DNA of 60,610 bases, filler included, from 9 parts of 9 records of this genome joined end to end with filler, not necessarily neighbours in it, one strand, 5' to 3'; positions 19,944 to 30,331 are shown, counted from the whole stretch's first letter. Program-made: numbers and translations. Notes: a model not told the origin generated them from the letters alone.

Positions 19944-19988
19944 AATCATAATCCGCGTGTCGGGGGGCGAGTCCCTCTCCCGCTAGCA
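19944..19988 (+). pseudogene. Degenerate 3' half of a CAT-anticodon tRNA (att-site remnant)
   Basis: AATCATAATCCGCGTGTCGGGGGGCGAGTCCCTCTCCCGCTAGCA: CAT loop, T arm with GTTC mutated, CCA mutated to GCA, no 5' half. Confidence 0.7.
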
Positions 19989-20081
19989 AAATTTCCGGCA
20001 TCAATTGCAGCTTAAGGTTTTTTCTTGGCTGACTCGGAACATCCATTTCATCAAACGGTTTCCACTTAACAATGGACGGCT

Positions 20082-22040
20082 CTAGCAGGACAGTTCGGCT
20101 TCAGGGCCGGCGTCTATGATGAGGGCCAGCCGCAATGCGATGTGCAACTCGAGTGCCCGCACCGGATCCTCCCATCCTCCCGTGATCTGGCGGAGGGTTT
20201 CAAGCCTTTGGCGAACGGTGTTGATGTGCAGACCGAGGCTGTCTGCGGTGCGTTTGATATTGTACTGGCCGTCGAGATAGCACAGCAACGTCCGCTTCAA
20301 TTCGCCGGCCTGGCGGGGCCCGCGGTCTTCGATTGGCTCAAGTATCTGGCGCATGTATCTGGCAAGACTGGCGGGATCTCCAGTCTCGAAAATCTTTGCA
20401 AAAAAGTTCAATTCGGATTGAGCAACGAAATGATCCAGCGTCATGATTTTCATCAGCACATGAAGGGCCTTGTGCAAATTCGCATAAAGTGTGGACGCGG
20501 ATGTCAGGTCGGTGAACGGATCGGAGATGATGCCACCCGCCTTCCAGTCGCGGTTTGTCTTGGTGAGATGTTGCAGAAATCCGCGAAGATCGTCCTCGGA
20601 CCCCATGCTCACATAGGCGTCATCAAGCAAGTCGACGAGGACGTTGGCCCGGGATGCATGATTGCGAATGATAGCTGTTTGCGCGACCCGATCGACCCGG
20701 GACACCACGATCACGGCAAGCAGGACCGGCTCGTCGGGATGCAGGCCCAGCCGGTCGCGAATTGCCGAGATCATGGCCGGGTCTGGCGAGGTGACGAGAA
20801 CGAGGTGGCGCAGGAGCGTGGACGAGGCGATCAGCTTGTCCGTTTCGCGTTTTTCATTCCACAGCTTGGCAATGGACAGAGCGACGGCGCTTCGTTCCAG
20901 GTTGCGGATCTCGATGGCTTCGAGTTCTCCCTGATGGCAAAGGACCAGGCATTCGCCACTGCCGATCCAGCCGTGAAGTGCTATGACTCGGCATTGTTCC
21001 TCCGCCGTGTTGTGCATGAGCACGGACCGGCCGGTGTGCCTCGATTGCGAGGTTGAACGGATCAGCAGCGTGGTGTCGAATTCACCAGATTTGAGGTCGG
21101 AGGCAAACCGGCCGCGGTAGGTTGACGATATAAATTCGTCGCGGATTCCGAGTTCGTCGTCGAACAGAAAGATTGCGCCGCCAATCTGGTTGGCCATCCG
21201 TTGCAGGAATTTCTGCATTTCGCCGCCGGAGGCCAGCAAGGAGGTCATTTCGTCATGGGCCGCCGCAGACGCTTCGACACGCTGGATGTGTTCGATCAAA
21301 GCGTTGCGGTTTCGCTGAGCCTCGTCGAGTGCTTCAGACAGCAGCCTGAATGCATCGGCGTTGCGCATTGCCACGCCCGCATGCAAGGCAAAAGATCCAA
21401 GCACCGACATGTTGCGGCCACTCAGTTTGCGTGCGTGGCGATCAGCGACGAAGAGAAAGCCGTGAACTTCGCCGTCGGCCAGTATGGGGAAGCCCGCGAG
21501 CGAGACGATGTTCTCGATCCGAAAGGCTCGGTCGAGCTCGGGCAGATGTTTGAAACGGGTGTCGTTCAGATAGTCCTGGGTGTCAAAGAAGCTTTTTGAC
21601 TGCATGATCAGACTGACGGCGCCATACTCAAGATTGCTTGTCATGACGGCTGCTGAAGGGGAGAGATATCCTTCCGAGGCAACGGACCGAAACAGGCCGC
21701 TGTCTTCGTCCAGTGTCGTCACCCAGGCGAGATTCGCGCCCACCAGACTGCGTGCTCTTGAAACGATTGTGCGAAACAGGCTTTGCAGATCCAGGGTTTT
21801 TGAGAGGTCATGCGTTGTTTCGATGAGAAGATTCAGGCCTTTTTCCGAAAGCGAGGTGTCACGAAGCGACTGGCTGATCAGTTTGATCGTCGATTGCAGC
21901 TGCTTGAGCTCATCCGAACCCTGTGCGGATTGAGCCGCGGTCGCGAGCGCATCCGTGGCGGCCTCGATCTCTGCTTCGTCGGCATCGCGACTGACTTTCT
22001 TGAGGGCATCCAGCATCGCCGATATTAGCTCTTGTTCCAA
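20082..22040 (-). CDS. GAF + PucR/CdaR-family transcriptional regulator
   Basis: GAF segment (LQSLFRTIVSRARSL..GFLFVADR); C-terminal TLLCYLD..NIKRTADSLGLHINTVRQRL HTH; probable TTG start after GGAGAG. Confidence 0.85.
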   Translation of the reverse strand: MEQELISAMLDALKKVSRDADEAEIEAATDALATAAQSAQGSDELKQLQSTIKLISQSLRDTSLSEKGLNLLIETTHDLSKTLDLQSLFRTIVSRARSLVGANLAWVTTLDEDSGLFRSVASEGYLSPSAAVMTSNLEYGAVSLIMQSKSFFDTQDYLNDTRFKHLPELDRAFRIENIVSLAGFPILADGEVHGFLFVADRHARKLSGRNMSVLGSFALHAGVAMRNADAFRLLSEALDEAQRNRNALIEHIQRVEASAAAHDEMTSLLASGGEMQKFLQRMANQIGGAIFLFDDELGIRDEFISSTYRGRFASDLKSGEFDTTLLIRSTSQSRHTGRSVLMHNTAEEQCRVIALHGWIGSGECLVLCHQGELEAIEIRNLERSAVALSIAKLWNEKRETDKLIASSTLLRHLVLVTSPDPAMISAIRDRLGLHPDEPVLLAVIVVSRVDRVAQTAIIRNHASRANVLVDLLDDAYVSMGSEDDLRGFLQHLTKTNRDWKAGGIISDPFTDLTSASTLYANLHKALHVLMKIMTLDHFVAQSELNFFAKIFETGDPASLARYMRQILEPIEDRGPRQAGELKRTLLCYLDGQYNIKRTADSLGLHINTVRQRLETLRQITGGWEDPVRALELHIALRLALIIDAGPEAELSC

Positions 22041-22316
22041 AATTCTCTCCTGACGTGGAATGGGCCATACTGCGAATGCGTCGTGTGGTTCTTGCCGTCT
22101 GCAGCAATTCAAGTGAATGTCGAATGCATACATAAATGAAGCAATTGAATGGGCTTTAATCACATATACGGCTTCGGAGGCACGGGCTAGTCTCTTGCTA
22201 TCCGCACACAGGAAGAGTGCGGTTGGGGGGATTATGGAAAGTGCCGGGGGAGGCGGTCCGATCGTGACCGTGCAGCTATATTGCTTCGGATCGTCCGACG
22301 TGTCGGAGCGTGGCCA

Positions 22317-23285
22317 ATGAAGCCCACCAGACGCAAGGTCATCATTTCCTGTGCGGTGACGGGGTTCGTTCACACGCCGTCAATGTCGGACAGCCTGCCA
22401 TTCACGCCCGAGCAAATCGCCCAGCAGGCAATCGAAGCCGCGCGGGCTGGGGCGTCAATTCTGAATTTGCACGCTCGCAACCCGTCCGATGGCAGCCCGA
22501 CCAGCGATCCAGCGACTTTTGGCCTGTTCGTTCCGACGATTGCAGCGCAGACCGATGCCATCATCAACATTCCTGCCGCAGCGAGCGCATCTGTGCCCCC
22601 CGGCGATGGTCTGGCTTGCGAACTCGTCAGCAATCCAGAGCTTTGTTCGATTGACATGGGCTCGACCAATTACACGTTCCGAAAGGCGGCGCGGAGGATC
22701 TCCGAATGGAAGTTCGGCTGGGAAAAGGCCTATGTTGAAGCCTTCGAGGATGGTGTCCTGCGGAGCAGTTTTGGCGACATCAAATCCGTGCTTGCCCGGT
22801 TGGGGGACGGACACGACAGGCGCTACCAGTTCGAGTGCTATGATTTGGGTCACCTCTACAATCTTGCACAATTCGTCGACGAGGGGCTGATCAAGGGGCC
22901 GCTGTTCCTGCAGTGCAATCTCGGGATTGCCGGAGGCCTGAACACGGACCCCGAAAATGTCTTTTTGATGCGCAGTACAGCTGATCGCCTGTTTGGTCGG
23001 GAGACCTATGAGTTCTCCGTGCTGGCCACCGGGCGCCATCAGATCCCGCTGGTCACAATGGGGGCCATCATGGGCGGGCATGTTCGTGTCGGCCTCGGTG
23101 ACAGCCTGTTTCTGGGCAAGGGGCTGCTTGCCACATCAAGTGCTGCGCAGGTGCTCAAGATCCGCAGGATACTCGAGGATCTTTCTTTCGAAATCGCGAG
23201 CCCTGAAGAGGCGCGCGCAATTCTCCACATCAAAGGCGCCGGCGGGCCTGGCGTCGCCAACAGGGAAGTCGGGCTGCATGGCTGA
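22317..23285 (+). CDS. BKACE (3-keto-5-aminohexanoate cleavage, DUF849) family homolog with degenerate active site
   Basis: KVIISCAVTG.VHTPSMS, FECYDLGHL, GGHVRVGL; HxH reads NLH and GLED reads GLGD. Confidence 0.88.
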   Translation: MKPTRRKVIISCAVTGFVHTPSMSDSLPFTPEQIAQQAIEAARAGASILNLHARNPSDGSPTSDPATFGLFVPTIAAQTDAIINIPAAASASVPPGDGLACELVSNPELCSIDMGSTNYTFRKAARRISEWKFGWEKAYVEAFEDGVLRSSFGDIKSVLARLGDGHDRRYQFECYDLGHLYNLAQFVDEGLIKGPLFLQCNLGIAGGLNTDPENVFLMRSTADRLFGRETYEFSVLATGRHQIPLVTMGAIMGGHVRVGLGDSLFLGKGLLATSSAAQVLKIRRILEDLSFEIASPEEARAILHIKGAGGPGVANREVGLHG

Positions 23286-24285
23286 GGGGAAAGCCATATT
23301 CAACGCAGGCAAGCGCAAGGGCAGACTGCTTGAAATCGTCGTGATGGCGGTGACGGCAGCGCTTGTTGTGGCATTTTCCATCGCGGTTGATGGCTTTGCA
23401 ACGTTCGGAAACTTCAGGGTTGTTCTGTCGAACTCGGCTTCGCTGGTGATCCTGAGCTGCGGAATGGCTGTGGTCATCATTTCGCGCGGACTGGACCTGT
23501 CCCTGATTGCCGTGATGGTCGCCGGGGCAACCACCTTCAGCATCTTCATCAACGCAGATGTTTCCGTGCTGCTTGCCTTGCTGCTCACCGTGGCTGCAAT
23601 GGCGATGGTCGGCTTTGTCAACGCGTGGCTGATCGCTTACGTGGAAATTCCCGCAATGCTGGCCACGCTGGCATCGGCAATGTTCGTGACGGGATTGTTC
23701 CGCTTCGCCATCCTTCGCGGCGAATTTCTTCTTCTGCTGTCCAAATCCCATCCCGCTGTGATCTTCCTGTCGGGAGATTTGGTGCCAGGGATATCGACAC
23801 CGGTGGCGCTGATGGTGGCGACCCTTGTGATTACCTGGTTCCTGCTTCGGATCACGTCGGCGGGGCGGACCATCTATGCAATGGGCGACAATTTCCAGGC
23901 TGCGCGTCTGACCGGACTGCCGGTCCGTACTACCACAATCACCGTCTATGTCTTCGCCGCCCTGGCCGCCCTTTGCGCCGGGCTGGTCACGTCTGCGGCA
24001 AGCGGGGCAGTCGATTTTCGCACCGTCACCAACGGCACGCTTCTGTTCGAAGTCATTCTGGTTGTCGTGCTCGGCGGGATCCCGCTTCGGGGCGGGCGCG
24101 GCGGTGTGCGCAATATCATCATCGGCGTGGCGCTGATCGCGGTGCTTCGCAACGGAATGACGCTGATGAATTTCACTTCGCAGATGCAGGACGTCATCAA
24201 GGGCATGGTCCTGATCATCGCGATCGTCGCAGACAACTATCTCAACCCCAGAGACACGGAAACCGACGTCGTCGGCGATCTCTGA
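23278..24285 (+). CDS. Sugar-type (RbsC family) ABC permease
   Basis: GLDLS, GRTIYAMGDNFQAARLTG, VVLGG..LRGGRG. Confidence 0.9.
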   Translation: MAEGKAIFNAGKRKGRLLEIVVMAVTAALVVAFSIAVDGFATFGNFRVVLSNSASLVILSCGMAVVIISRGLDLSLIAVMVAGATTFSIFINADVSVLLALLLTVAAMAMVGFVNAWLIAYVEIPAMLATLASAMFVTGLFRFAILRGEFLLLLSKSHPAVIFLSGDLVPGISTPVALMVATLVITWFLLRITSAGRTIYAMGDNFQAARLTGLPVRTTTITVYVFAALAALCAGLVTSAASGAVDFRTVTNGTLLFEVILVVVLGGIPLRGGRGGVRNIIIGVALIAVLRNGMTLMNFTSQMQDVIKGMVLIIAIVADNYLNPRDTETDVVGDL

Positions 24286-24313
24286 CACACCTGAACCAAC
24301 ACTGGAGGAGAAC

Positions 24314-25024
24314 ATGTTGAACAGATTGGGAAACAAGATCCGCAATGCCGCCAATGGCATCATGATCGGGGCATGCGTCATGCTCGGCGCAAGCACACAT
24401 GCATCGGCGGACATCAACATCGCCGGCAAGAAGGTCATCTTCGTGCCAATCACTATGGGCATCTCGCTCACAGAGGGCTGGGTGCGCCGGATGCAGGAAC
24501 ATGCGGATATCCACGGATATACGCTGGAAATCCGTGACGCCGCATTCAACACCGGCGCCATGGCGGAACTGCTGGCCAAGGCAATCAGCGAAAAGCCCGA
24601 TGTCCTGGTGGTTCACAATCCCACCATTCAGCTGCTCGCCCGCCAGATCAAGCAGGCCGAGTCCGAAGGCATCAAGGTGTTGCAGATCAACCTGCAATCG
24701 AACCAGAGCTCATCGGCATTCGTTGGTGCGAACTGGGCACGCATCGGCCGGGAAATCGCCGAAGACATTGTCAAGGAATGCGGCGAGGGAAGCGGCAAGT
24801 CCGGCAAGGTTTCGATCGTGCCGGGTCAGCTCACCGCGGCTGACAGCGTGATCATGAACGATGCCGCCTTCAAGGTGTTTGAAGGCCACAAGGAGATTGA
24901 AGTCGTCTCCAACCAGGCGTCGGACTGGGAGCCGGAAAAGGCCCGCCAGATCACAGCCACCGTGCTTCAGCAGCATCCTGACCTGTGCGCCGTCTTCGGC
25001 CACTGGGATGTCCACACGATGGGC
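24314..25024 (+). CDS. Sugar ABC substrate-binding protein, RbsB-like (3' truncated)
   Basis: Signal peptide, GGAGG RBS, KPDVLVV, NQASDWEPEKA periplasmic binding protein pattern. Confidence 0.85.
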
Positions 25025-25124
25025 NNNNNNNNNNNNNNNNNNNNNNNNNNNNNNNNNNNNNNNNNNNNTTAATTAATTAANNNNNNNNNNNNNNNNNNNN
25101 NNNNNNNNNNNNNNNNNNNNNNNN
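25025..25124. other. Artificial contig linker
   Basis: N44-TTAATTAATTAA-N44. Confidence 0.99.
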
Positions 25125-25909
25125 GGGAACACGGCCGAGTTGATCTTCTTGGCGATGTCTTCGTCGTTGGTCAGCACAATACCGCCGCGTGGACCACGCA
25201 GGGTCTTGTGGGTGGTCGAGGTCGCCACATGGGCATGCGGGAACGGGCTTGGATGCGCACCACCGGCGACGAGACCGGCGAAATGCGCCATGTCGACCCA
25301 GAGAATGGCGTCAACAGAATCGGCAATCGCACGGAAGCGAGCGAAATCTATGCGGCGCGAATAGGCCGAACCGCCGGCGATGATGATGCGCGGCTTGTGC
25401 TCGCGGGCCAGAGCTTCGACCTGATCGTAGTCGATGGTGCCGGTCGCAAGATCCAGGCCGTACTGCACCGCATTGAACCACTTGCCAGACAGGTTGGGCC
25501 GGGCGCCGTGGGTCAGGTGACCGCCGGCATCCAGGCTCATGCCGAGAAGCGTGTCACCGGGCTTGGCCAGCGCCAGAAGCACGGCCTGATTGGCTTGCGA
25601 TCCGGAATTCGGCTGCACATTGGCAAAGCCGCAATCAAATAGCTTCTTGACCCGATCAATTGCCAATTCTTCAGCAATGTCAACGAAGTGACATCCACCG
25701 TAGTAACGGCGACCGGGATAGCCCTCGGCGTATTTGTTGGTCATCACCGAGCCCTGTGCTTCAAGCACGGCGCGGGAGACGATGTTCTCCGAGGCGATCA
25801 ACTCGATTTCGTGACGCTGGCGACCCAGCTCGCTCGTAATCGAGCTAAAAAGTTCAGGGTCAGATTCGGCGAGCGGCCGATTGAAGAGATCAGAAATCGC
25901 GTTGGACAT
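25125..25909 (-). CDS. glyA: Serine hydroxymethyltransferase (3' truncated)
   Basis: [42 protein letters not shown]. Confidence 0.97.
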
Positions 25910-26087
25910 ATTCCAGGTTCCTTGTCTGGCTCGGGTCTGGCAGAGCGTCTGCACGGTTTTGGCGGCGCTCCGGGAAACTGCTCGAATCCGGAACGCGGTG
26001 AGCGTCAAACCGGAAGCGGCTGTTTAACCCTGTCGCACGACAAGGGCAATATCCGCAGTCCCGATTGCGTCATTGCAGCGCGTCAAC

Positions 26088-26116
26088 AAAAAAGCCGCCC
26101 GGTGTGGGGCGGCTTT
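26088..26116 (-). terminator. Intrinsic terminator after the L,D-transpeptidase gene
   Basis: Minus strand AAAGCCGCCC-cacacc-GGGCGGCTTTTTT. Confidence 0.8.
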
Positions 26117-26139
26117 CGAAGAGTTTCCTGCGTGCACGC

Positions 26140-27411
26140 TTATTGCAGAGCCAATTCATCCACACCGTCGCGCTGATAGACGTCGTCGCGGAACTGGACA
26201 ACACCATCTTCCGAAGCCCAGGCCGAGAAATAGGTGAAGTAAACCGGCACCGGCGTGGTCAATTCGATGATCTTGTTTTCGCGCGAGGCAATCGTGGCCT
26301 CAATCGCCTGACGGCTCCAACCCGGAGTATCCCGTAGCAGCCAGGTGTTCAGGTCCCGAACGTTCTGAACCCGGACGCAGCCCGATGATTCGAAACGCAT
26401 CAGCTGGTTGAAGACGCCCTGCTGGGGTGTGTCATGCATGTAGACAGCATGGGGATTGTGGAAATTGATCTTGGTCGAGGACATGGCATTGCCCTTGCCC
26501 GGATCCTGACGGAACATCAGATTCGGCGCCTTTTCGGCGTTCCAGTCAATCGTTTCAGGCGGCACCTCGTTGCCCTGGTTGTCAAACAACCGGATGTTGT
26601 TGCGCGCCAGATAGGTGGGATCCTTGCGCATCAGCGGCACGATATCCTTTTCGATGATCGAGCGCGGCGACGTCCAGTAGGGATTAAGGATGATCTCGTG
26701 GATCTTCGAGTTGAGGATCGGGGTTTGACGGTCGATCTTGCCGACAATTGCCGTATGACGCAGCACGACGGAGCCGTTTTCAACGGCCTCGATCTGGGCG
26801 GCTGGAATGTTGACCATGACGTAACGGTCACCGAGGAAGCCCGACATCGAGCGCAACCGCACCAGATTGGTTTCGAGCTGGCCAAGACGCACGTCGGCAG
26901 ACACGTTGAGCGCCTGATAGGTGTAGTTGCCCAGAACGCCATCCGGCGGAAGGCCGTGACGCGCCTGGAATTTCTTCACCGCACCATCGACATAGGAATC
27001 GAACGCGTTTGAAAGACCTGCATTGCGATCAAGGTCACCGGACGCCATCAGACGCTGGCGCAGCATCCGGACCTCGGGTTCGGCAACGCCCATGCGCAGT
27101 TTCTTCGTTGGTGGAACAAATGGCCAGCCGCCTTGGGCGACCAGATTCTGATAGTCAAAGATGGAGCGTTCGACGAAGGCAATCGTGTCGGCGCTGGCGA
27201 TCGGGTGCCGGGTGGCAGTCTCGGCCACTGAGCGCGAGCTCTTTGCATCAAATTGATCATCCCAGCTGCCACGCCGCGGAGAGTTGATGATTTCCTCGAT
27301 CGCTGTCTGAGCCAAAGCCGGACCGGTCGCTACCGCTGCCGCTACGACACCCGCAGCACGCCCAATGAATCGGCGACGGGAGATTGCATCTGGTCGGGTT
27401 GGCTTGGTCAT
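26140..27411 (-). CDS. L,D-transpeptidase (YcbB/LdtP-like) with peptidoglycan-binding domain
   Basis: Tat-like SRRRFI; AVKKFQARHGL.PDG; catalytic VYMHDTP...SSGCVRV. Confidence 0.92.
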   Translation of the reverse strand: MTKPTRPDAISRRRFIGRAAGVVAAAVATGPALAQTAIEEIINSPRRGSWDDQFDAKSSRSVAETATRHPIASADTIAFVERSIFDYQNLVAQGGWPFVPPTKKLRMGVAEPEVRMLRQRLMASGDLDRNAGLSNAFDSYVDGAVKKFQARHGLPPDGVLGNYTYQALNVSADVRLGQLETNLVRLRSMSGFLGDRYVMVNIPAAQIEAVENGSVVLRHTAIVGKIDRQTPILNSKIHEIILNPYWTSPRSIIEKDIVPLMRKDPTYLARNNIRLFDNQGNEVPPETIDWNAEKAPNLMFRQDPGKGNAMSSTKINFHNPHAVYMHDTPQQGVFNQLMRFESSGCVRVQNVRDLNTWLLRDTPGWSRQAIEATIASRENKIIELTTPVPVYFTYFSAWASEDGVVQFRDDVYQRDGVDELALQ

Positions 27412-27776
27412 GCGTTTTCCACCATGAATTCGAATCTAGCGTTAGGTTTGCCACAATTGGTAGCATTCTTAACGTTAAAAATTGGGGACCAAAACCGGCC
27501 CTTCCAGCCTGTCGCAACACTTTTATGTGAGCGCGCAGCCCAAGAAAGACCCGGAGGATCCGTTCTCTGACATCAAGCCTGTTCTTACCATATTTGCTTT
27601 CACGGCAATATGGCTAATTCAAGGTTCTCATCAAAAATGAAGCGGCAAGACGCCCGTTAAAACAAGCATTCCGGCCATCATGAACCACCCCGGTTGGTGT
27701 GGGCGTTACATGCTTAGGCCGCGTAGTCATTGATTGTTCCCTGCCCCACACGTCACCAGCTCTGGCCTACACAAGG

Positions 27777-27808
27777 AAAAGGCGGCAGGATTGACCGTGC
27801 CGCCTTTT
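27777..27808. terminator. Intrinsic terminator after ldtR
   Basis: AAAAGGCGGCA-N10-TGCCGCCTTTT. Confidence 0.75.
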
Positions 27809-27831
27809 GGGTAGGTGATTTTTGCGCTTTT

Positions 27832-28356
27832 CTAGAGGCGATACTGGATCTGGTCGTTCCAGAACCGGTCGAGACGCTGCATCAGCTTGTTGAGTTCCTC
27901 GAACTCGCTGGTGCCAATCCCGCCGACCTTGGCAATCGAGTTGATGTGCCGGTCATAAAGTGCGGCAACGGTTTCGGCGATCTCTGTACCGTGCTCTGTC
28001 AGGCTGATGCGAACGGCACGGCGGTCAACCCGCGAACGCTGGTGATTGATATAGCCCAGATCAACCAGTTTCTTGAGGTTGTAGGAGACGTTGGAACCGA
28101 GATAGTAGCCGCGGCTGCGCAATTCGCCGGCGGTCAGCTCGGAATTTCCGATGTTGAACAACAACAGGGCCTGAATGGCGTTGATATCGGTGCGGTTGGC
28201 GCGGTCGAACTCATCCTTGATGACATCGAGAAGGCGGCGGTGGAGCCGCTCGACCAGCTGGAGCGATTCAAGATAGAGATCGCGCAGGGCTTCGGACTCG
28301 TCGTTTGCTGCTCCGGATTTGGGTGCCGTGGCGACTGCTGAATTGGTATATGACAT
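27832..28356 (-). CDS. ldtR: MarR family regulator LdtR
   Basis: VERLHRRLLDVIKDEFDR, TAGELRSRGYYLGSNVSYNLKKL; sits upstream of an L,D-transpeptidase as in Rhizobiales. Confidence 0.88.
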   Translation of the reverse strand: MSYTNSAVATAPKSGAANDESEALRDLYLESLQLVERLHRRLLDVIKDEFDRANRTDINAIQALLLFNIGNSELTAGELRSRGYYLGSNVSYNLKKLVDLGYINHQRSRVDRRAVRISLTEHGTEIAETVAALYDRHINSIAKVGGIGTSEFEELNKLMQRLDRFWNDQIQYRL

Positions 28357-28481
28357 GATGACTGCCTCACTGTTTGTTGTGGCGGTTATTGTTCCCGCCT
28401 TGAGTGAGACCCTATCGAATACGGCTAAAATTCTACTTAAAATGCAAGCTTAACAGCGAGTTACCGGAGACCGACTGTCAA

Positions 28482-28928
28482 TCAAAGTGAATCAGTTGTT
28501 ACCTGCCTTGCGTCGTGCCGGCTTTTGACAAACAGAGCGACGCGAAAGCCGATATAGACAGAAGCCACCATAGAATGGGCAATGACCAGCATCGGGCGCT
28601 CGCCAAACCAGAGCGGCAGGCCCTTGTGCATGATGATTTCCGAACCGGCCGCCACCACCCAGATCACCGGCCCCCACGACACCTGCATCCACAGGCCAAC
28701 CGCTGCCACCGGTAAAAGCACCGCCAGCGAGGCCGAAGCCAATTGCCAGTAGGACGGGATAAGATCAAAGCGAAAGTTGCCGCCCTCGGAATAGCCGATC
28801 AGGCGCGCCCAATACTGCAACCCTGCCACGATGCAGCTTATCGCGACCAGCCGCATGAACAGCCGGAAACTGGCTTCAAGCGCACCCGAGCCAACTTCGG
28901 GCGATGTGCCTATTTGCAGTATCGCCAT
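28482..28928 (-). CDS. Conserved four-TM membrane protein (DUF6163-like)
   Basis: GLQYWARLIG, AAVGLW..SWGPVIW; usual position between ldtR and hemB. Confidence 0.7.
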   Translation of the reverse strand: MAILQIGTSPEVGSGALEASFRLFMRLVAISCIVAGLQYWARLIGYSEGGNFRFDLIPSYWQLASASLAVLLPVAAVGLWMQVSWGPVIWVVAAGSEIIMHKGLPLWFGERPMLVIAHSMVASVYIGFRVALFVKSRHDARQVTTDSL

Positions 28929-29162
28929 ATACGGCGTCTCCTTGTTAGTGGCACCAAGACCCCGGCCACCCCCGGCAGGTGTGCACTCATAGCCAATCTG
29001 CGGCTTGCGGCGCAAGCCCAGCGCTTGCCCACCGCGCCCGTGAGGTCATTTGTCCGGCTTGACCGCCCTGCCCCCGGTGCGGTCTAAAGCGTCAGTCATG
29101 AGAATGGGCGAGTCCGCAAGGAAAGCCCGGTGCGCTGCACCGCGAGCCGAGGGATGAAGAGA

Positions 29163-30218
29163 ATGAGCGATAAATCGAGCAACACTGCGGCAGGACTGAA
29201 GGTCGCCGCGGCAAGCGACGTCGACGAGATCACCGGCCACCGCCGCATGCGCCGCACCCGGGTTGCCGACTGGTCGCGCCGGATGGTGCGCGAGACCCGG
29301 CTGAGCGTCGACGATCTGATCTGGCCTATCTTCATTGTTCCCGGCACCAACGTCACCGAACCCATCGACGCCATGCCCGGCGTCAACCGGATGAGCGTCG
29401 ACATGGCCGTGGAAGCGGCGAAAATGGCAGCCGATCTCGGTATTCCCGCACTCGCCACTTTCCCCAATGTGGAAATGGACAAGCGCGACGAGACCGGCTC
29501 GCACATTCTCGAGCCCGACAATCTGATCAACCAGACCACCCGTGCCATCAAGCAGGCGGTGCCCAATATCGGCATCATCACCGATGTGGCGCTCGATCCT
29601 TTCACCAGCCACGGCCATGACGGCATCCTGCGCGACGGCGAAATCGTCAATGACGAGACGGTGCGGCAGGTTGCGGCGGCGGCGGTGCATCAGGCCGATG
29701 CGGGCGCCGACATCATCTCGCCATCGGACATGATGGACGGGCGGGTTGGCGCGATCCGACGGGCGCTTGACGCGGCCGGGCACCAGAATGTGTCGATCAT
29801 GTCCTACGCGACAAAGTTTGCTTCCGCCTGCTACGGCCCCTACCGCGAGGCGATCGGCACCTCGGGGCTGCTCAAGGGCGACAAGCGCACCTATTATCTC
29901 GATCCTTCCAACGCCATGGAAGCCATCCGCGATGCGGGAATGGACGTCGAGGAAGGGGCTGACATGCTGATGGTCAAGCCCGGCCTTCCTTATCTCGACA
30001 TCTGCCGTGCGCTGAAAGACACCTATGGCCTGCCGACCTTCGCCTACCAGGTCTCGGGCGAGTATTCGATGATCAAGGCTGGCGCTGCGGCGGGTTACAT
30101 CGACGGCGAACGGATCATGATGGAAAAGCTGCTGGCCTTCAAACGCGCCGGCTGCGACGGCATTCTCACCTATTTCGCGCCGGAGGCGGCCCGGCTGATC
30201 GCCAAGGGGCTTGGCTGA
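29163..30218 (+). CDS. hemB: Porphobilinogen synthase (Asp-rich, non-Zn type)
   Basis: DVALDPFTSHGHDG, SDMMDGR, MVKPG, YQVSGEY. Confidence 0.97.
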   Translation: MSDKSSNTAAGLKVAAASDVDEITGHRRMRRTRVADWSRRMVRETRLSVDDLIWPIFIVPGTNVTEPIDAMPGVNRMSVDMAVEAAKMAADLGIPALATFPNVEMDKRDETGSHILEPDNLINQTTRAIKQAVPNIGIITDVALDPFTSHGHDGILRDGEIVNDETVRQVAAAAVHQADAGADIISPSDMMDGRVGAIRRALDAAGHQNVSIMSYATKFASACYGPYREAIGTSGLLKGDKRTYYLDPSNAMEAIRDAGMDVEEGADMLMVKPGLPYLDICRALKDTYGLPTFAYQVSGEYSMIKAGAAAGYIDGERIMMEKLLAFKRAGCDGILTYFAPEAARLIAKGLG

Positions 30219-30331
30219 CCGGACAGCGGTTGCGGCCAAAACCGGAGACAAAGCCTTTAATTGCTGGGTTTGAGTTCCTACATTTGGTTAAACGCGGACC
30301 ATTTGCCCGCGACCCACAACAGGAGAGCCCC

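Noticed and set aside
22041-22373. N-terminal extension of the PucR regulator overlapping the BKACE gene head-to-head
   Set aside because: A better start with RBS exists at 22040; the extension covers the AT-rich divergent promoter region.
25910-26040. ZMP/ZTP riboswitch upstream of glyA
   Set aside because: Expected GACTGGCG and CGCCTGGGC elements are absent; only a generic hairpin is present.
27412-27776. sRNA or small ORF in the long ldtP-ldtR intergenic region
   Set aside because: No convincing promoter-structure-terminator unit or RBS-led ORF; consistent with a regulatory region.
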